Shown here: positions 63,105 through 64,000 of the stretch, piece after piece | Position numbering within the stretch: position 1 is the stretch's first letter | Layout: every line of letters begins with the position of its first letter | Source: an uncultured Methanolobus sp. | Lineage (GTDB): Archaea; Halobacteriota; Methanosarcinia; Methanosarcinales; Methanosarcinaceae | Direction of reading: 5' to 3' | Assembly: GCA_963675495.1 (NCBI GenBank) | Contig: OY776215.1 | Span: 1,536,001-1,600,000, forward strand | Length of the DNA: 64,000 nt | Notes under the pieces: generated by a model | Databases searched by the model: none | What the model was told of the DNA's origin: nothing | What the model saw: the letters and a program-made list of their open reading frames with translations, nothing else | Made by a program: the position numbers and the translations under genes

Positions 63105-63545
63105 TCATAAGGTGGATTCGATTATATCCTGAAGATCTTTAGCTCCAAGTTTTTTCTTGTGTTCTGTCTCCTTGAGAGGAACATGTTTGTCATATTTATC
63201 AAGAGCATTTCCTATCATTGGAAGCATCATTGACTCTTCTTTCAGGAAATAGAAGCCAGGCCTTGCACCGCCACCACGGGACGCACGACAGCGTCTCTCA
63301 TCTCCCGGAGGAAAACCTCTTTCTTTTACAAAGATATGATTCTTATCAAGGTCCACAACCTCTTTCACCACTTTCTCCACAGCATCCCTGGGACCTGTGA
63401 CCATGGTGCCAAAACATGTTTCCTTTATGACAATATCAGTATTGGATTCATATATCTGCATAGCAGTATCAATTGGCAACACACTATCTGAACCTGTTAC
63501 AACGAGTTTCGTTATGACATCTTCATTACCTTCAGCCATCCTCAT
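63105..63545 (-). CDS. Methanogenesis marker protein 6
   Basis: IKETCFG, IFVKERGFPPGDERRCRASRGGGARPGF. Confidence 0.9.
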   Translation of the reverse strand: MRMAEGNEDVITKLVVTGSDSVLPIDTAMQIYESNTDIVIKETCFGTMVTGPRDAVEKVVKEVVDLDKNHIFVKERGFPPGDERRCRASRGGGARPGFYFLKEESMMLPMIGNALDKYDKHVPLKETEHKKKLGAKDLQDIIESTL

Positions 63546-64000
63546 TCCTCCTTGCTGCGTTCAAGGATATACATTACATCCCCGTCCTTGAAATGTTTTA
63601 GTTTATCAATTTCAAGTATCTTACCGATAATATTAGTGTTTGCAAACCTCTCCCCCGTCGGTCCGAAAAGATCATCATCTGTAGTTTTGACGCCTACCAT
63701 ACCGGCCCGCTTAGCAACCTGGTTTGTGACACCGATCTCACCTGAAAGGGTCTTTTTTGGGACGTTCTCGGGGAATATCTCCTTATATTTTTCAGCTGGC
63801 TTCTCAGCTTTGAAGATATAAGTATTCTCATATGTCATCATTATAGGGAGCACACCAACCGGATTATACTGAAGACCCACGGCGTGTCTGAAGAAGTCAA
63901 GCGTTTTTGGAGCAAGATCATCATAAAGCTCGATGGTCACAAGCTTTTCCGGATCAACACCCTGCACAGTTACCTCTGCGTTTTGCATGATCCCAATTGT
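63542..64000 (-). CDS. Methanogenesis marker protein 3, 3' part (starts beyond the window)
   Basis: IELYDDLAPKTLDFFR, PENVP, GEIGVTNQ, GMVGV....DLFGPTGERFANTNIIG; first of the 3-6-5-15-17-7 series. Confidence 0.88.
   Translation of the reverse strand, partial: TIGIMQNAEVTVQGVDPEKLVTIELYDDLAPKTLDFFRHAVGLQYNPVGVLPIMMTYENTYIFKAEKPAEKYKEIFPENVPKKTLSGEIGVTNQVAKRAGMVGVKTTDDDLFGPTGERFANTNIIGKILEIDKLKHFKDGDVMYILERSKEE

Noticed and set aside
59856-64000. Methanogenesis marker cluster as a novel system
   Set aside because: A known conserved methanogen cluster; reported as features only.

Overview
Archaeal chromosomal window from a methanogen, most likely Methanosarcinaceae (Methanolobus-like); this is inferred from the methanogenesis-marker operon, archaeal FEN1/Mre11/Rad50/SMC, a presenilin homologue and TATA-type promoters. 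In order: (1) scpA-smc-hypothetical-rad50-mre11 on the minus strand; (2) a ~19 kb tandem duplication, each unit carrying five class-III-signal (type IV pilin-like) genes and a convergent 1.8-2.0 kaa secreted protein with Ig-like domains, nested vWA domains and an 8-repeat WDGSSW propeller, a possible archaeal analogue of the bacterial minor-pilin/PilY1 tip cassette; (3) cyclophilin, modABC with a ModE-type palindrome, a membrane-anchored Schlafen/AlbA_2 protein, a candidate structured sRNA, tRNA-Arg, ilvE, moeA and a DRG GTPase; (4) tRNA-Gln followed by a ~4 kb islet (VTC-domain, DUF4956-like and CotH-kinase genes) closed by a decayed copy of the tRNA 3' half; (5) an orphan CbbQ/NorQ AAA+ gene and a large CbbO/NorD vWA partner; (6) small accessory genes, msrB, MATE, gpmI, fen, PSH protease; (7) methanogenesis markers 3-6-5-15-17-7 plus a CMD gene. 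No CRISPR array, rRNA, transposase or integrase was seen. All family calls come from motif recognition by eye; no database search was run.
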